The notes under the pieces: model-generated
Seen by the model: the letters and a program-made list of their open reading frames with translations, nothing else
What the model was told of the DNA's origin: nothing
Database searches by the model: none
Origin: Chitinophaga pinensis
Lineage (GTDB): Bacteria > Bacteroidota > Bacteroidia > CAMBQF01
Length of the DNA stretch: 60,047 nucleotides
Assembly (NCBI GenBank): GCA_945869825.1
Contig: CAMBQF010000002.1
Coordinates: 1-60,047 of the forward strand
Direction of reading: 5' to 3'
Shown here: positions 49,411 through 59,771 of the stretch, piece after piece
Numbering within the stretch: position 1 is the first letter of the stretch
Layout: each line of letters begins with the position of its first letter
Position numbers and translations under genes: made by a program

Positions 49411-52400
49411 ATGAAAACTCCTTTACAAGGTGTTAATTTTACAGACAACCAACCTGTAAAAACCAAACAAAGCAAAACCGTTCATAATCCCCTAACAAGG
49501 TTTATTACGGCACTACTAGTGTTATTTATTTTTCAAGCCTATGGGCAAACATCGCAAACCTTTACATCAAACGGTACTTATACTGTACCAGCGGGTGTAA
49601 CCCAGCTAGTTGTTGAATGTTGGGGCGGTGGCGGTGCCGGTGGCGGTGCCACAGGTAACCCTGCAGCCGGTGGCGGCGGTGGCGGCGGCGCTTATGTAAA
49701 AAGCACAGTAAACGTTACCCCAGGTACTACCTATACCGTAACGGTAGGGGGTATTAAAACAGCTACCACCACCAGCAGTGCGGCTACCAACAAAGGTAAC
49801 CCATCGTGGTTTGGGAGTACCTCTACCATCTTTGCCGAAGGTGGCAATGGTGGCGCACCTGCTACTTCTAACAATTCAAATGGTGCTGGTGGTACAGGTA
49901 CTACCGCAGCCAGTATTGGTACGTTAAGGTATGCAGGCGGCAATGCAGCAGCAGGTAACTTCAACAACAATACACTTGGTGGTGCAGGTGGTGGCGGTGC
50001 AGGTTCTACCGGTGTTGGCGGCAATGCAGCTGCAGGCGTAGGTGGCACAGGCACAACCCTAAACGGTGGCAAAGGAGCTAACGGTGTAGCCAATTCAACA
50101 CCTGGTGCAGCTGGTGCCAGCTATGGCGGTGGCGGGTCTGGCGGTAAAGCCAGAAACAATACCGACCGTGCAGGTGGGTCTGGTGCTGGTGGTTTAGTTA
50201 TTGTAACTATACCAACCCCTGCAAATGATAACTGTTCGGCTGCTACAGCCCTAACCCTTGGAGGAAGCGCTGTTACAGGCGATATAAATATGGCGACAAC
50301 CAGCCTTGCTGCTTGCACAGGTGCTGATGCTTATGATGTATGGTACTCATTTACAACTACATGCTCTGGCAACCATACCATTACTGTTGACCCCAGCAAC
50401 TCATTCAACGCTGTTGTTCAATTATACAATGCTTGCGGCGGTACAGTAGTAACTCCAAACTCAGGCGGAAGCTGCGTTAATGCTGGTGGCGATAACGTTA
50501 ACGAAACGCCTACCTATAACTTAGCATCAGGTACAACATACTATGTACGTGTATACGATTATAATTTAACAGCTGCAGGTTATCCTGCAACTACTACTTT
50601 TACAATTGCAGTATCTACTCCGCCCTTACCAACAACCGCTGCCGCAGGACCCGACCAAACAGGTTCAGCAACGTGCGGAGCAACAGCACTAACATTAGGC
50701 GCTAATAATCCGTCTTCGGGCACAGGTTCATGGTCTATTGTATCAGGAACAGGCGGCTCATTTGTTAATGCATCAAGCTTTAACTCTACATTTAACGGAA
50801 CTTTAGGCTCAACCTATACTCTGCGATGGACAATCTCAACATCGGGCTGTACCCCTTCAACAGACGATGTTACAGTAGCCTTTAACCTTAACCCAACAGC
50901 TAATGCGGGCCCTGACCAAACATCATCAGCAACCTGCGGTTTAACTACTGTTACGTTAGCCGCAAGTATGAATGCTGGAACAGGTACCTGGAGCATTATT
51001 TCGGGCACCGGAGGCTCATTTAGCAATACCTCAAGCCCAACTTCTACCTTTACCGGTACAGCAGGTTCTACCTATACTTTACGTTGGACAGTTACGAACT
51101 CGCCTTGTACACAAACAGCTACCGATGATGTTGTAATTACATTCAACCGTAACCCTGTATTGGTAATATCTACCCCTGCTGCGGTTTGTAGCAACACTCC
51201 GGGTGGTGTTAACTTAACTGCAAGCGCTGTAACAGCAGGTAGCACTGGCGGTGGCACATTATCTTACTGGACTAACGCCTTGGCAACAAACGCACTTTCA
51301 AGCCCGTCGGCCGTTACTACCAGCGGTACATACTACATTAGAAGCCTTACGTCTGCAGGTTGTGTTGATATTGAACCTGTAACTGTTACCATAACACCAC
51401 TGCCAGTAGCTACATTTAGCTATACCCAAAGCCCTATTTGTAAAAATGGCAGCAACCCACTACCAACATTTAGCGGTGGCGGAGCAGCCGGTACCTTCTC
51501 TTCAACAGCAGGCTTATCTTTTGTAAGCACAGCTACAGGGCAGGTTAACTTATCATCAAGTACTGCAAATACTTATACTGTAACCAACACACGCGCTGCC
51601 GCGGGCGGCTGCGCTGCAGTTACAGCTACCAGTACCATTACAATTACCAATCCCCCAACAGCAACTATAGCGTATTCGGGCAACCCATTTTGTAGGTCGG
51701 TAACTACTGCGGCGGTAACACGTACAGGCAGCACAGGCGGCACTTATTCAGCATCGCCTGCAGGTTTAACAATAGACGCATCTACAGGTACTATAACTCC
51801 AAGCACAAGCACCGCTGGCACATATACTGTAACATATACTGTTGCAGCGTCGGGTGGCTGTGCCATATTTACCACTTCTGCCAGCGTAACCATCAATGCG
51901 CTGCCTGTAGTAACTATTGCTACTAACTACTGTAACCCGGGCGCAGGCCTTGTAAGGCTTACCGCTACCGCAGGTTTGTCATATGTATGGAATACCGGCG
52001 CTACCTCACAGGTTTACGATGCCGACGAAGCTGGCACATACACTGTTACAGCGACAAACTCTAACGGTTGCGTTAGCACAGCCACTGTAAACGTTGCAAC
52101 AGAGTTGGTTACAAACGGTAACTTCTCTGCCGGCAACACAGGCTTTACTTCTCCATATTTCTATCAGTCAGCCTTTGATTTGTACCCTGAAGGTTACTAC
52201 TCTGTGGGCACTAATGCCAATAGCTACCATGGCAACTTCTTTGGAACAGACCACACTACCGGCACAGGCAATTTTATGATTATTAATGGTAGCGGCGCGC
52301 CAATACCACCGGTTGTTTGGCAACAAACTGTTACTGTACAACCTAATACAACATACTACTTTTCTGCATGGACAATGAGCGTGAACAATGTTCCGCCATT

Positions 52401-55400
52401 TGCTAAACTGCGCTTTGCAGTAAACGATGTGCAGGTAGGCACAATTGCATCTCCTGGTGCAGGCCCTACTAGCAATGCAGGTCCTTTCAACTGGGTACGT
52501 TTTTATGGTACCTGGACATCAGGCCCTACCGCTACGACTGCAGAAATTTCGATACTTGACGTTGAAACTGCATTAGGTGGTAACGACTTTGGCTTAGACG
52601 ATATATCATTTGGCACACTATCGCCCATGCCATTTACAGTAGCACCAGGCGCAGGTGTTGGAGGCAACACTATTTGCGAAGGCTCGCCACTTACAATATA
52701 TGCAAACCGCGATGGTGGTATGAGTCCTTTTACCTATTCGTGGACTGGCCCCAACGGCTTTACTTCAAATGCAGAAAACCCATTTATATCTGCATCTGCA
52801 ACAGCTGCAATGGCGGGTACATATAACTTATCTGTAACAGACGGACAAACCTGTACAGCAAGTGGCAGCTTTGTTTTAACGGTAAACCCATTACCAAACA
52901 ATTTAACCCCAACGGCTGTTCCGGCAAGCGTATGTTCTGCAGTAAGCAGCAATATCCAAATTGCTTCATCGCAGGTGGGTGTTAGCTACCAGCTTCGCAA
53001 CAATACCAACAACGATCTTGTTGGCGTTGCTGTTGCAGGTACTGGTGGCACTATTAACCTGCCTACAGGCAGCATTAGCGCTACTACTACATTTAATGTG
53101 CTTGCAACAAACACAACAACAGGTTGCAGCCGTCAGCTATCTACCACCCCAACAGTTACCTTGTTGCCAACACCTGTATTGGTTATTACCAACCAGGCAT
53201 CGTGCACGGGAACTGTAAACCTAACAGCCGCCGGCGTTACAGCAGGCAGCACTGGCGGTGGTACATTAACCTATTGGACAAATGCTGCATGTACTACTGC
53301 TGTTAGCAATCCATCATCAGTAACTACCGGCACTTACTATATTAGAAGTGCTGTTGGCAGCTGTGTTGATATTGAACCAGTTGTAGTTTCAGTTGGAACA
53401 TTGCCGGTTGCTACGTTTAACTATACCGGCAGCCCATTTTGTTCTTCATCGGCAGACCCATTGCCAACCTTTAGCGGTGGTGGTGTTGCAGGTGTTTTCT
53501 CATCTACCACAGGTGCAGTATTTGTTAGCACCAGCACAGGCCAGATAGATTTATCAGCAACCCCTGCAGGTACCCATACCATTACTAATACCATTACTCC
53601 ATTGGGTGCATGTTCTCCGGTATCGGTTAGCCGCACCATTGTGGTAACAGCACACCCAAGCGCTACGTTCAGCTATGGTGCTACCACCTTCTGCCAAAAC
53701 GCAAACGCTGCCGACCCTCTACCTGTATTTAGCCCTGGTGCTTCTGCTGGTACCTTTAGTTCTTCTTTTGGCTTAACATTTACCAACGCATCTACAGGGC
53801 AAATTGATATTTCAGCATCTACACCTGGTAGCTATGCAGTAAGAAACAGCAAAGCTGCCGCTGGTGGTTGCCCTGCTGTTAGTGCTACATCATTTATTTA
53901 TATCAACCCGTACACCTTCTCAGGTGGTGTGGTTACCACTGTAGCACCTACTACTATTTGCGGAGGCCAAACTATTAACCTTACTTCAGAGGCGGCTATT
54001 TACCTGTCTGCTGTATTTAGGGAAGATTTTAATAGCTTGTCAAACAACTGGGTTACTACAAACTCATCAACCGGAGGTACTCCTGCAAATGCTGCCTTTA
54101 CATTACGACCAGATGGATATAATTACGGTGGCCAAATATACTCAAATGATGGGTCACAGTTTTATTTTACCAATAGCCAAGCGCAAGGATCAGGTGGTAC
54201 AACAGCTACCACACTACGTTCCCCGGCTATTTCTACTATTGGTTATTCGTCGCTGGCGTTAGACTTCTTTCATTATTATGATTATAGGAATAGTGGCGAT
54301 GCCGCTAAAGTACAAGTATCTGTAGATGGTTTTAACTGGATTGATGTAGCTACCTATACTGCCGACGTAGGCAACAGGGACGATTTTCAAAATGCTGTTA
54401 TAAACCTTGATGATTATGTAGGCTTATCTTCTATGTTCATCCGTTTTAAATTTGATGCTACAAACGACAGGTATTGGGCTATTGATAATGTGTCATTAAC
54501 CGGCTACTCTACAAACTATAACTACTCTTGGGCTTCATCTCCCAGCGGATTTATATCTGCTTTGCAAAACCCAACAGCTACTCCAACTGTAAATACATCA
54601 TATACCGCAACAGCCACAAACAGCTACGGTTGTTCTGCTGCTTCGTCGGCCAACAGTGTTACAGTTAATCCGTCGCCAATGCTTAGCAGCACCCTAACCC
54701 CGCCGGCTATTTGCAGCAACACGGCATTTACTTATACGCCTACCAGCGCCACTTCGGGGGTTACCTATAGCTGGACCAGGGCTGCCGTTGCTGGTATAAG
54801 CAATGCTGCAGTTACCACACCACAGTCTGCAAACCCTAACGAAACATTAATTAATACTACCACATCGCCTATTGATGTTGTGTATCGCTATGTAACTGCT
54901 AAAAACGGTTGCTCTACTACCCAAAACGTAACTGTAAGGGTAAACGCACCTAACGTTTGGAATGGTAGCCAAAGCACCAACTGGTTTACAGGCTTAAACT
55001 GGTGTATAAATGGAACTGGTATACCTACATCTACTTCAACAGCACTAATACCATCTGTTACTGTTACAGGGCGCAACCCTATTATTGATAATGCACAAGG
55101 CACAAACGCTGTTACTAAAAACCTACAAATATTATCAGGTGGTGGCTTAACAATAAATGGCAACGCAGCACTCACAGTATGGGGCACCTGGAATAATAGT
55201 GGAACATTTACTGCCAACAGCAGCACTGTTACTTTTAAAGGCAATGTTATAGATTCTATAAACGGTACCGATGTACAACAGTTTTATAACCTTACACTTG
55301 ATAAAGGAACAGACACCACATCTGTATTAAAAGCCAATGTTGATGTTAATATCGCTAATACCCTTGCACTTACTAATGGTTTATATAATCAAAATGAAGG

Positions 55401-57234
55401 TGGAGGCAATATTACCAATGCGCTTACTATAAGCAACAAATCGGGCATAGATGTAACAAACAATGCCACCTTAACAACCAGTGCAGGTGTTACTAATAGT
55501 GGCTTACTGCGTGTAACCAACGGAACAATATCTATTGGCGGAAGCAGTGCTCACAACCTATTAATAAATGCAGGTGGACGTTTACGTGTAACAACAGGTA
55601 GACTAACGGTAGCAGGAAATATTACCAACACAAGCTCTACATCGCGCATAAATGGTGGCACAGTTGAAGCCGGAGCTTCCTACAGTGCAATCGGCACAAG
55701 CTCTTTAATACAAACTGCCGGCACAATTACTCTAAATATGAATATGGCAAGCAACAATAGCGATGCAGTATTTGATATTTCGGGTACATCAAATCTTAAC
55801 CTGACAGGCGGCAACATTATATTACAAGATGGTAATGGAGGCGAAGAGGTTGAGATAGAATCGGGCGCTGGCACTAAAACAATTAGCGCTTCGCATAACT
55901 TTCAACTTGGCAATGATCTAACATTAAGTTCTAGCACGTTTGAAATGGAAATAGGCTCTACAAAACTTGGAAAACTTACCGTTTACAATGCAGACGCTCT
56001 TGTAGCAAAGCTAAATACCAATATTACAGTTTCTGCATTAGTGTTGAACAGTGTAATAGACCTAAACAGCTATAGACTGATAATTGATAACCCATCTGTA
56101 AATGCTATAACCGGCAATAGCTACATAAAAAGCGAAACCGCCAATGGCAACTCAAAACTACAATGGAATATAGGCAATAGCACAGGTAATTATGTGTTCC
56201 CCTTTGGCAATGACATGGGCACCGCCATACCGTTTACGTTTAATATTACTACTGCAGGCTCGCAAACAACAGCAGGTAATATTACAGTAGCCACATATCC
56301 TACAGCAGACAATAATACACCATTGGTAAATGGCGTTAGTCATATGAATATGGAAAATGGAGGCAACGGGCCAATGGCAACATTAGACCGTTGGTGGATT
56401 ATTGATGCAAATAACTATGCTACCAAGCCGATTTCAAACATGACTTTTAAATATGCCGATGTTGACCTTATAGGTAATACTTTATTATCTGAAAACGGCC
56501 TGAAAGCACAACGTTGGGATGTATCGTTAAACAATAGCCTTGGCGGATGGAATCCACCTGATTATTTTGGAGTAAACACTGTAAACCCATCTAACAACAC
56601 AGTTACAATTAATGATGTAACTAATTACTCTCCATGGGTTCTGCACGATGGCTCTAGTTCTGGCAACTCGCCACTACCTATTGAATTGTTAGACTTTACA
56701 GCAAACTGCAATGGCGATGTGGTTACCATAAACTGGATTACAGCAACAGAGCAAAACAACGATTATTTTACCATTCAACGCTCTGAAGATTTAGTAGTGT
56801 TTAATGATATTGCAGTGGTTGAAGGTGCTGGTAACAGTAATGCTCCGCTTACTTATACTGCTAACGATGAGTTTCCTATCAGCGGTAAAAACGTATACTA
56901 CCGCTTAATGCAAACCGACTATAATGGTGACTTTGAAATATTTAAACCAGTTGCCACTATGTGTATTGCTAAAAATAACGATATAATTACAGTATATCCC
57001 AACCCGGCTACAGATGTTGTAAATGTTCGTATGGATATTGGTGCCGATGACAAAGGTGTAATAAGCATTTATAATGGCTTTGGCCAGGTAGTAAAACAAC
57101 AAATAATAGAGCCTACCCAAGGGCAAAATATTTACTCTTTACAGTTGAGCGATTTATCAAGCGGACAGTATTTTGTTAGCTTCTCAATGGATAATAAGAA
57201 CTACCCGGTTCAAAAACTAATGGTTACGCGATAA
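49411..57234 (+). CDS. giant (2607 aa) T9SS-secreted multidomain protein
   Basis: N-terminal anchor/signal (FITALLVLFIFQAYGQ). Glycine-rich domain (TYTVPAGVTQLVVECWGGGGAGGG...GGSGAGGLVIVTI). Pre-peptidase-C-like domain (NDNCSAATAL...YYVRVYDYN). Ig-like repeats, plus four copies of the same ~80-aa two-Cys module seen in giant 1. A jelly-roll/MAM-like domain (REDFNSL...YWAIDNVSLTG) and a long Asn/Thr/Gly-rich beta-helix-like segment. Type A CTD (ITVYPNPATDVVNVRMD...GQYFVSFSMDNKNYPVQKLMVTR). Confidence 0.9.
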   Translation: MKTPLQGVNFTDNQPVKTKQSKTVHNPLTRFITALLVLFIFQAYGQTSQTFTSNGTYTVPAGVTQLVVECWGGGGAGGGATGNPAAGGGGGGGAYVKSTVNVTPGTTYTVTVGGIKTATTTSSAATNKGNPSWFGSTSTIFAEGGNGGAPATSNNSNGAGGTGTTAASIGTLRYAGGNAAAGNFNNNTLGGAGGGGAGSTGVGGNAAAGVGGTGTTLNGGKGANGVANSTPGAAGASYGGGGSGGKARNNTDRAGGSGAGGLVIVTIPTPANDNCSAATALTLGGSAVTGDINMATTSLAACTGADAYDVWYSFTTTCSGNHTITVDPSNSFNAVVQLYNACGGTVVTPNSGGSCVNAGGDNVNETPTYNLASGTTYYVRVYDYNLTAAGYPATTTFTIAVSTPPLPTTAAAGPDQTGSATCGATALTLGANNPSSGTGSWSIVSGTGGSFVNASSFNSTFNGTLGSTYTLRWTISTSGCTPSTDDVTVAFNLNPTANAGPDQTSSATCGLTTVTLAASMNAGTGTWSIISGTGGSFSNTSSPTSTFTGTAGSTYTLRWTVTNSPCTQTATDDVVITFNRNPVLVISTPAAVCSNTPGGVNLTASAVTAGSTGGGTLSYWTNALATNALSSPSAVTTSGTYYIRSLTSAGCVDIEPVTVTITPLPVATFSYTQSPICKNGSNPLPTFSGGGAAGTFSSTAGLSFVSTATGQVNLSSSTANTYTVTNTRAAAGGCAAVTATSTITITNPPTATIAYSGNPFCRSVTTAAVTRTGSTGGTYSASPAGLTIDASTGTITPSTSTAGTYTVTYTVAASGGCAIFTTSASVTINALPVVTIATNYCNPGAGLVRLTATAGLSYVWNTGATSQVYDADEAGTYTVTATNSNGCVSTATVNVATELVTNGNFSAGNTGFTSPYFYQSAFDLYPEGYYSVGTNANSYHGNFFGTDHTTGTGNFMIINGSGAPIPPVVWQQTVTVQPNTTYYFSAWTMSVNNVPPFAKLRFAVNDVQVGTIASPGAGPTSNAGPFNWVRFYGTWTSGPTATTAEISILDVETALGGNDFGLDDISFGTLSPMPFTVAPGAGVGGNTICEGSPLTIYANRDGGMSPFTYSWTGPNGFTSNAENPFISASATAAMAGTYNLSVTDGQTCTASGSFVLTVNPLPNNLTPTAVPASVCSAVSSNIQIASSQVGVSYQLRNNTNNDLVGVAVAGTGGTINLPTGSISATTTFNVLATNTTTGCSRQLSTTPTVTLLPTPVLVITNQASCTGTVNLTAAGVTAGSTGGGTLTYWTNAACTTAVSNPSSVTTGTYYIRSAVGSCVDIEPVVVSVGTLPVATFNYTGSPFCSSSADPLPTFSGGGVAGVFSSTTGAVFVSTSTGQIDLSATPAGTHTITNTITPLGACSPVSVSRTIVVTAHPSATFSYGATTFCQNANAADPLPVFSPGASAGTFSSSFGLTFTNASTGQIDISASTPGSYAVRNSKAAAGGCPAVSATSFIYINPYTFSGGVVTTVAPTTICGGQTINLTSEAAIYLSAVFREDFNSLSNNWVTTNSSTGGTPANAAFTLRPDGYNYGGQIYSNDGSQFYFTNSQAQGSGGTTATTLRSPAISTIGYSSLALDFFHYYDYRNSGDAAKVQVSVDGFNWIDVATYTADVGNRDDFQNAVINLDDYVGLSSMFIRFKFDATNDRYWAIDNVSLTGYSTNYNYSWASSPSGFISALQNPTATPTVNTSYTATATNSYGCSAASSANSVTVNPSPMLSSTLTPPAICSNTAFTYTPTSATSGVTYSWTRAAVAGISNAAVTTPQSANPNETLINTTTSPIDVVYRYVTAKNGCSTTQNVTVRVNAPNVWNGSQSTNWFTGLNWCINGTGIPTSTSTALIPSVTVTGRNPIIDNAQGTNAVTKNLQILSGGGLTINGNAALTVWGTWNNSGTFTANSSTVTFKGNVIDSINGTDVQQFYNLTLDKGTDTTSVLKANVDVNIANTLALTNGLYNQNEGGGNITNALTISNKSGIDVTNNATLTTSAGVTNSGLLRVTNGTISIGGSSAHNLLINAGGRLRVTTGRLTVAGNITNTSSTSRINGGTVEAGASYSAIGTSSLIQTAGTITLNMNMASNNSDAVFDISGTSNLNLTGGNIILQDGNGGEEVEIESGAGTKTISASHNFQLGNDLTLSSSTFEMEIGSTKLGKLTVYNADALVAKLNTNITVSALVLNSVIDLNSYRLIIDNPSVNAITGNSYIKSETANGNSKLQWNIGNSTGNYVFPFGNDMGTAIPFTFNITTAGSQTTAGNITVATYPTADNNTPLVNGVSHMNMENGGNGPMATLDRWWIIDANNYATKPISNMTFKYADVDLIGNTLLSENGLKAQRWDVSLNNSLGGWNPPDYFGVNTVNPSNNTVTINDVTNYSPWVLHDGSSSGNSPLPIELLDFTANCNGDVVTINWITATEQNNDYFTIQRSEDLVVFNDIAVVEGAGNSNAPLTYTANDEFPISGKNVYYRLMQTDYNGDFEIFKPVATMCIAKNNDIITVYPNPATDVVNVRMDIGADDKGVISIYNGFGQVVKQQIIEPTQGQNIYSLQLSDLSSGQYFVSFSMDNKNYPVQKLMVTR
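49555..50215 (+). other. glycine-rich N-terminal domain coding region of giant protein 2
   Basis: ECWGGGGAGGGATGNPAAGGGGGGGAY...GGAGGGGAGSTGVGGNAAAGVGG...YGGGGSGG. The opposite strand gives Pro-rich artefact ORFs. Confidence 0.8.
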
Positions 57235-57257
57235 CCCTTAACCTGATTATGAAAAAG

Positions 57258-57288
57258 CAAAAAGCCCCGCACATTTGCGGGGCTTTTT
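57258..57288. terminator. bidirectional hairpin terminator between giant protein 2 and the convergent small gene
   Basis: AAAAAGCCCCGCA-CATT-TGCGGGGCTTTTTG. Confidence 0.8.
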
Positions 57289-57336
57289 GTTAGCTATAAA
57301 ACATATGACTTTTATAAAATCCAAACCCCATAATTG

Positions 57337-57648
57337 TTATATACTTTCAATTGTCTCTCTATCTAATTTACCTCTAATTATTCCCTTTTCTAAATGATGT
57401 AATGTTAATGGTTTTTTATTTGTCAGAAAAATTAAATTAACCCCTTCATCCTCTATATATTCATCAGCCATAAAATTTGATAAATCAACATTGAATTGTG
57501 TTGCATAAGCAAGCAAAAATTCTACAGCATCGTCGCCCCTTATTTTCAAGTCTTTTCTTATATCCGTATCCCTGTTTAAAGCGAAATCATATTTAAACAG
57601 TACATCGTCAACAAATGCCAAAACTCTATTAAATACAATGTCATCCAT
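57337..57648 (-). CDS. small acidic cytoplasmic protein, DUF1493-like (ACP-like fold family)
   Basis: The pattern DTDIRKDLKIRGDDAVEFLLAYATQFNVDLSNFMADEYI...KKPLTLHHLEKGIIRGKL matches my recollection of the DUF1493 signature. Very AT-rich. Start at ATG 57648 (the ORF track uses TTG 57678). Confidence 0.45.
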   Translation of the reverse strand: MDDIVFNRVLAFVDDVLFKYDFALNRDTDIRKDLKIRGDDAVEFLLAYATQFNVDLSNFMADEYIEDEGVNLIFLTNKKPLTLHHLEKGIIRGKLDRETIESI

Positions 57649-57750
57649 AGAATTGATTTTAGTGGCAACATATATCAACTATTAGTTGCAAAATTTATCA
57701 ACTTAAAATTAAAGCAATAATTACACCGTACAACTAAAGACATGGCAATA

Positions 57751-57793
57751 CTTCAAAACAAAACACCCGCTAACGTTGCCATCAGCGGGTGTT
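57751..57793 (-). terminator. rho-independent terminator after the PorE-like gene
   Basis: Stem AACACCCGCT/AGCGGGTGTT with a 12-nt loop, followed on the minus strand by TTTGTTTTG. Confidence 0.7.
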
Positions 57794-57815
57794 TGCAATG
57801 TATATTATTTGTTAG

Positions 57816-59729
57816 TTAGTAGCTAAGCACCTTAAATGTAGTACGACGGTTTTTCTGGTGTTCGTCTTCTGTACATTTTACGTCATTAGAGCAGCCGTTA
57901 ACCAGCTTGGTTTCTCCATAGCCTTTCCATGTTAAGCGGTCTTTAGATATACCTCGTTTAACAAGGTATTCTACCGCCGATTTGGCACGGTTTTGAGATA
58001 AGGTAATGTTGTACTGGTCGTTAGCGCGAGAGTCGGTGTGAGATCCTAATTCAAGGTTCATATTCGGGTACTCTTTCATCAGCTTAACAATTTTATCAAG
58101 CTCAACTGCCGCATCAGGTCGGATGTTGTATTTATCCAAGTCGTAGTATACATTCTCCAGTACAAACTCTTTAGCAACTACAGGTGCAAAAGGCTCTAGC
58201 ACAAAATCTCTTTTAATAGTTTCTGATTTTTTAAGGCCTTTGGTAGTAGCATCGCCGGTGGCGGTAGAGTATTTGTCTTTAGATGCGACTAAAGAATAGT
58301 CTGTATTAGCCACAATAACTGTTTCGTAGCGGCCTTTATCGTCGGTTTCAAACTCAAGTTTGGTGTTGTTTTGCATATCAATAACCTCAACCTTAGAGTT
58401 TGCCAATGGCAAGCCTGTTGCTTTGTCTGTTACAACACCTTCAAGCTTAAACGCCAGTGGTGGAGCCTCTTTACGTACAAAAGTAAAAATCTTATCATCG
58501 CTACCGCTTCTGTTTGATGATATAAAGCCGTTAATCAAATCAGGCTTCATGGTAAATGAGTAGTCGTCTTGTGTAGTGTTGGCAGGGTAACCAATGTTTA
58601 TTGGGCGAGAGAATTTACCGTTGCCTAAGTCTTTAGCCTCAAATACATCAAGCCCACCCATGTTGGTGTGGCCTTCTGATGAGAAGTATAGTGTAGAATC
58701 TTGAGGGCAATAAAATGGAAACATCTCATCTATTGATGTATTGATACCCGGACCAAGGTTAGTAGGTTTGCCCCAGCCTTCGCCTTCTTTTTTACACATG
58801 TATATATCTGTGCCGCCTAAGCCTCCGGGCATGTCTGATATAAAATAAAGGGTATTTTCATCGGCCGACAATGATGGGTGCCCTGTGCTATATTCGCTGC
58901 TGTTGTAAGCAAATTCAGCTAAATCTTTCCACTTGTCGCCATCCAGCGTAGCACGGAATAGCTTTAGGTTGTTGGCATTATCTTTACTCTTTTTAAGCTT
59001 GCTCTTGGTATAATTGCTACGGGTAAAATATATGGTTTTACCATCTTTGGTAACTACCGATGGACCTTCATGGTACGGGCCGTTAATTTGGCCTGTTAGG
59101 GCTTTAGGCTCTTCCCATTTATCATTTCCTTCTTTTTTCTCGGTATAGTAAAGGTCAAGGTAGGTGTTGCCTGTCCATGGGTTAGCCATATCAGTGTTTA
59201 CTGTAACACGGTCAGCTGCAAATATAAAACCGTCTTTATACAAGGCGGTGGTATAGTAGTTCTTTAATCCCTTCAACTCAACACCTGCAACGGTAAAACG
59301 CATAGTATCGCGCATAAATACCACGCTAGAGTCGCACGATGCAAGCAAAACCTGCGCTGTTTGGTCGTTCGCTTTTATAGAAAGGTATTTGTTAAACCAA
59401 ACCTTGGCCTCATCATATTTCTTATTAGCCATTAACATACGGGCATAATGAAAGTAATTGAGAGGGTCAGTATCAGGCTGCGTTACTACATCAGCATAAG
59501 CTTTTTCTGCTTTTACTGAGTTATTAATTAAACGGTAAGAGTTTGCTAGGCCTTCTTTAGCCTGCGGAATATCTTTTTTCTCCAGAGCATGCTCAAAAGA
59601 TTCAATAGCTTTCGAATAGCGAAGCATATCAAACGATTTGCTACCCGCTTTAAAATACATCTTGGCGCATCCTGTTACAAGGGCTAATACCATAATAAGG
59701 CTGCCTAAGCGTATGTATGTCTTTATCAT
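57816..59729 (-). CDS. PorE-like T9SS-associated OmpA-family lipoprotein (TPR + beta-propeller + CarboxypepD_reg-like + OmpA_C)
   Basis: Lipoprotein signal LALVTGC and TPR-like N region. TolB/WD40-like blades (GPSVVTKDGKTIYFTRSN, HPSLSADENTLYFISD, DSTLYFSSEG). CRD-like segment (LEGVVTDKATGLPLANSKVEVID). OmpA_C motif (ELGSHTDSRANDQYNITLSQNRAKSAVEYL). Confidence 0.8.
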   Translation of the reverse strand: MIKTYIRLGSLIMVLALVTGCAKMYFKAGSKSFDMLRYSKAIESFEHALEKKDIPQAKEGLANSYRLINNSVKAEKAYADVVTQPDTDPLNYFHYARMLMANKKYDEAKVWFNKYLSIKANDQTAQVLLASCDSSVVFMRDTMRFTVAGVELKGLKNYYTTALYKDGFIFAADRVTVNTDMANPWTGNTYLDLYYTEKKEGNDKWEEPKALTGQINGPYHEGPSVVTKDGKTIYFTRSNYTKSKLKKSKDNANNLKLFRATLDGDKWKDLAEFAYNSSEYSTGHPSLSADENTLYFISDMPGGLGGTDIYMCKKEGEGWGKPTNLGPGINTSIDEMFPFYCPQDSTLYFSSEGHTNMGGLDVFEAKDLGNGKFSRPINIGYPANTTQDDYSFTMKPDLINGFISSNRSGSDDKIFTFVRKEAPPLAFKLEGVVTDKATGLPLANSKVEVIDMQNNTKLEFETDDKGRYETVIVANTDYSLVASKDKYSTATGDATTKGLKKSETIKRDFVLEPFAPVVAKEFVLENVYYDLDKYNIRPDAAVELDKIVKLMKEYPNMNLELGSHTDSRANDQYNITLSQNRAKSAVEYLVKRGISKDRLTWKGYGETKLVNGCSNDVKCTEDEHQKNRRTTFKVLSY

Positions 59730-59747
59730 TGGTTTTTTATTAATTTA

Positions 59748-59755
59748 CAAAGTTA
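59748..59755 (-). promoter_or_regulatory. -7 promoter box TAACTTTG, PorE-like gene
   Basis: Exact consensus match on the minus strand, 18 nt upstream of ATG 59729. Confidence 0.4.
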
Positions 59756-59771
59756 TCGCTATTTAGGCTTG

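Noticed and set aside
49731-50318. Minus-strand Pro-rich ORFs (49731..50093, 50121..50318) inside giant protein 2.
   Set aside because: The same artefact: they are antisense to the glycine-rich domain.
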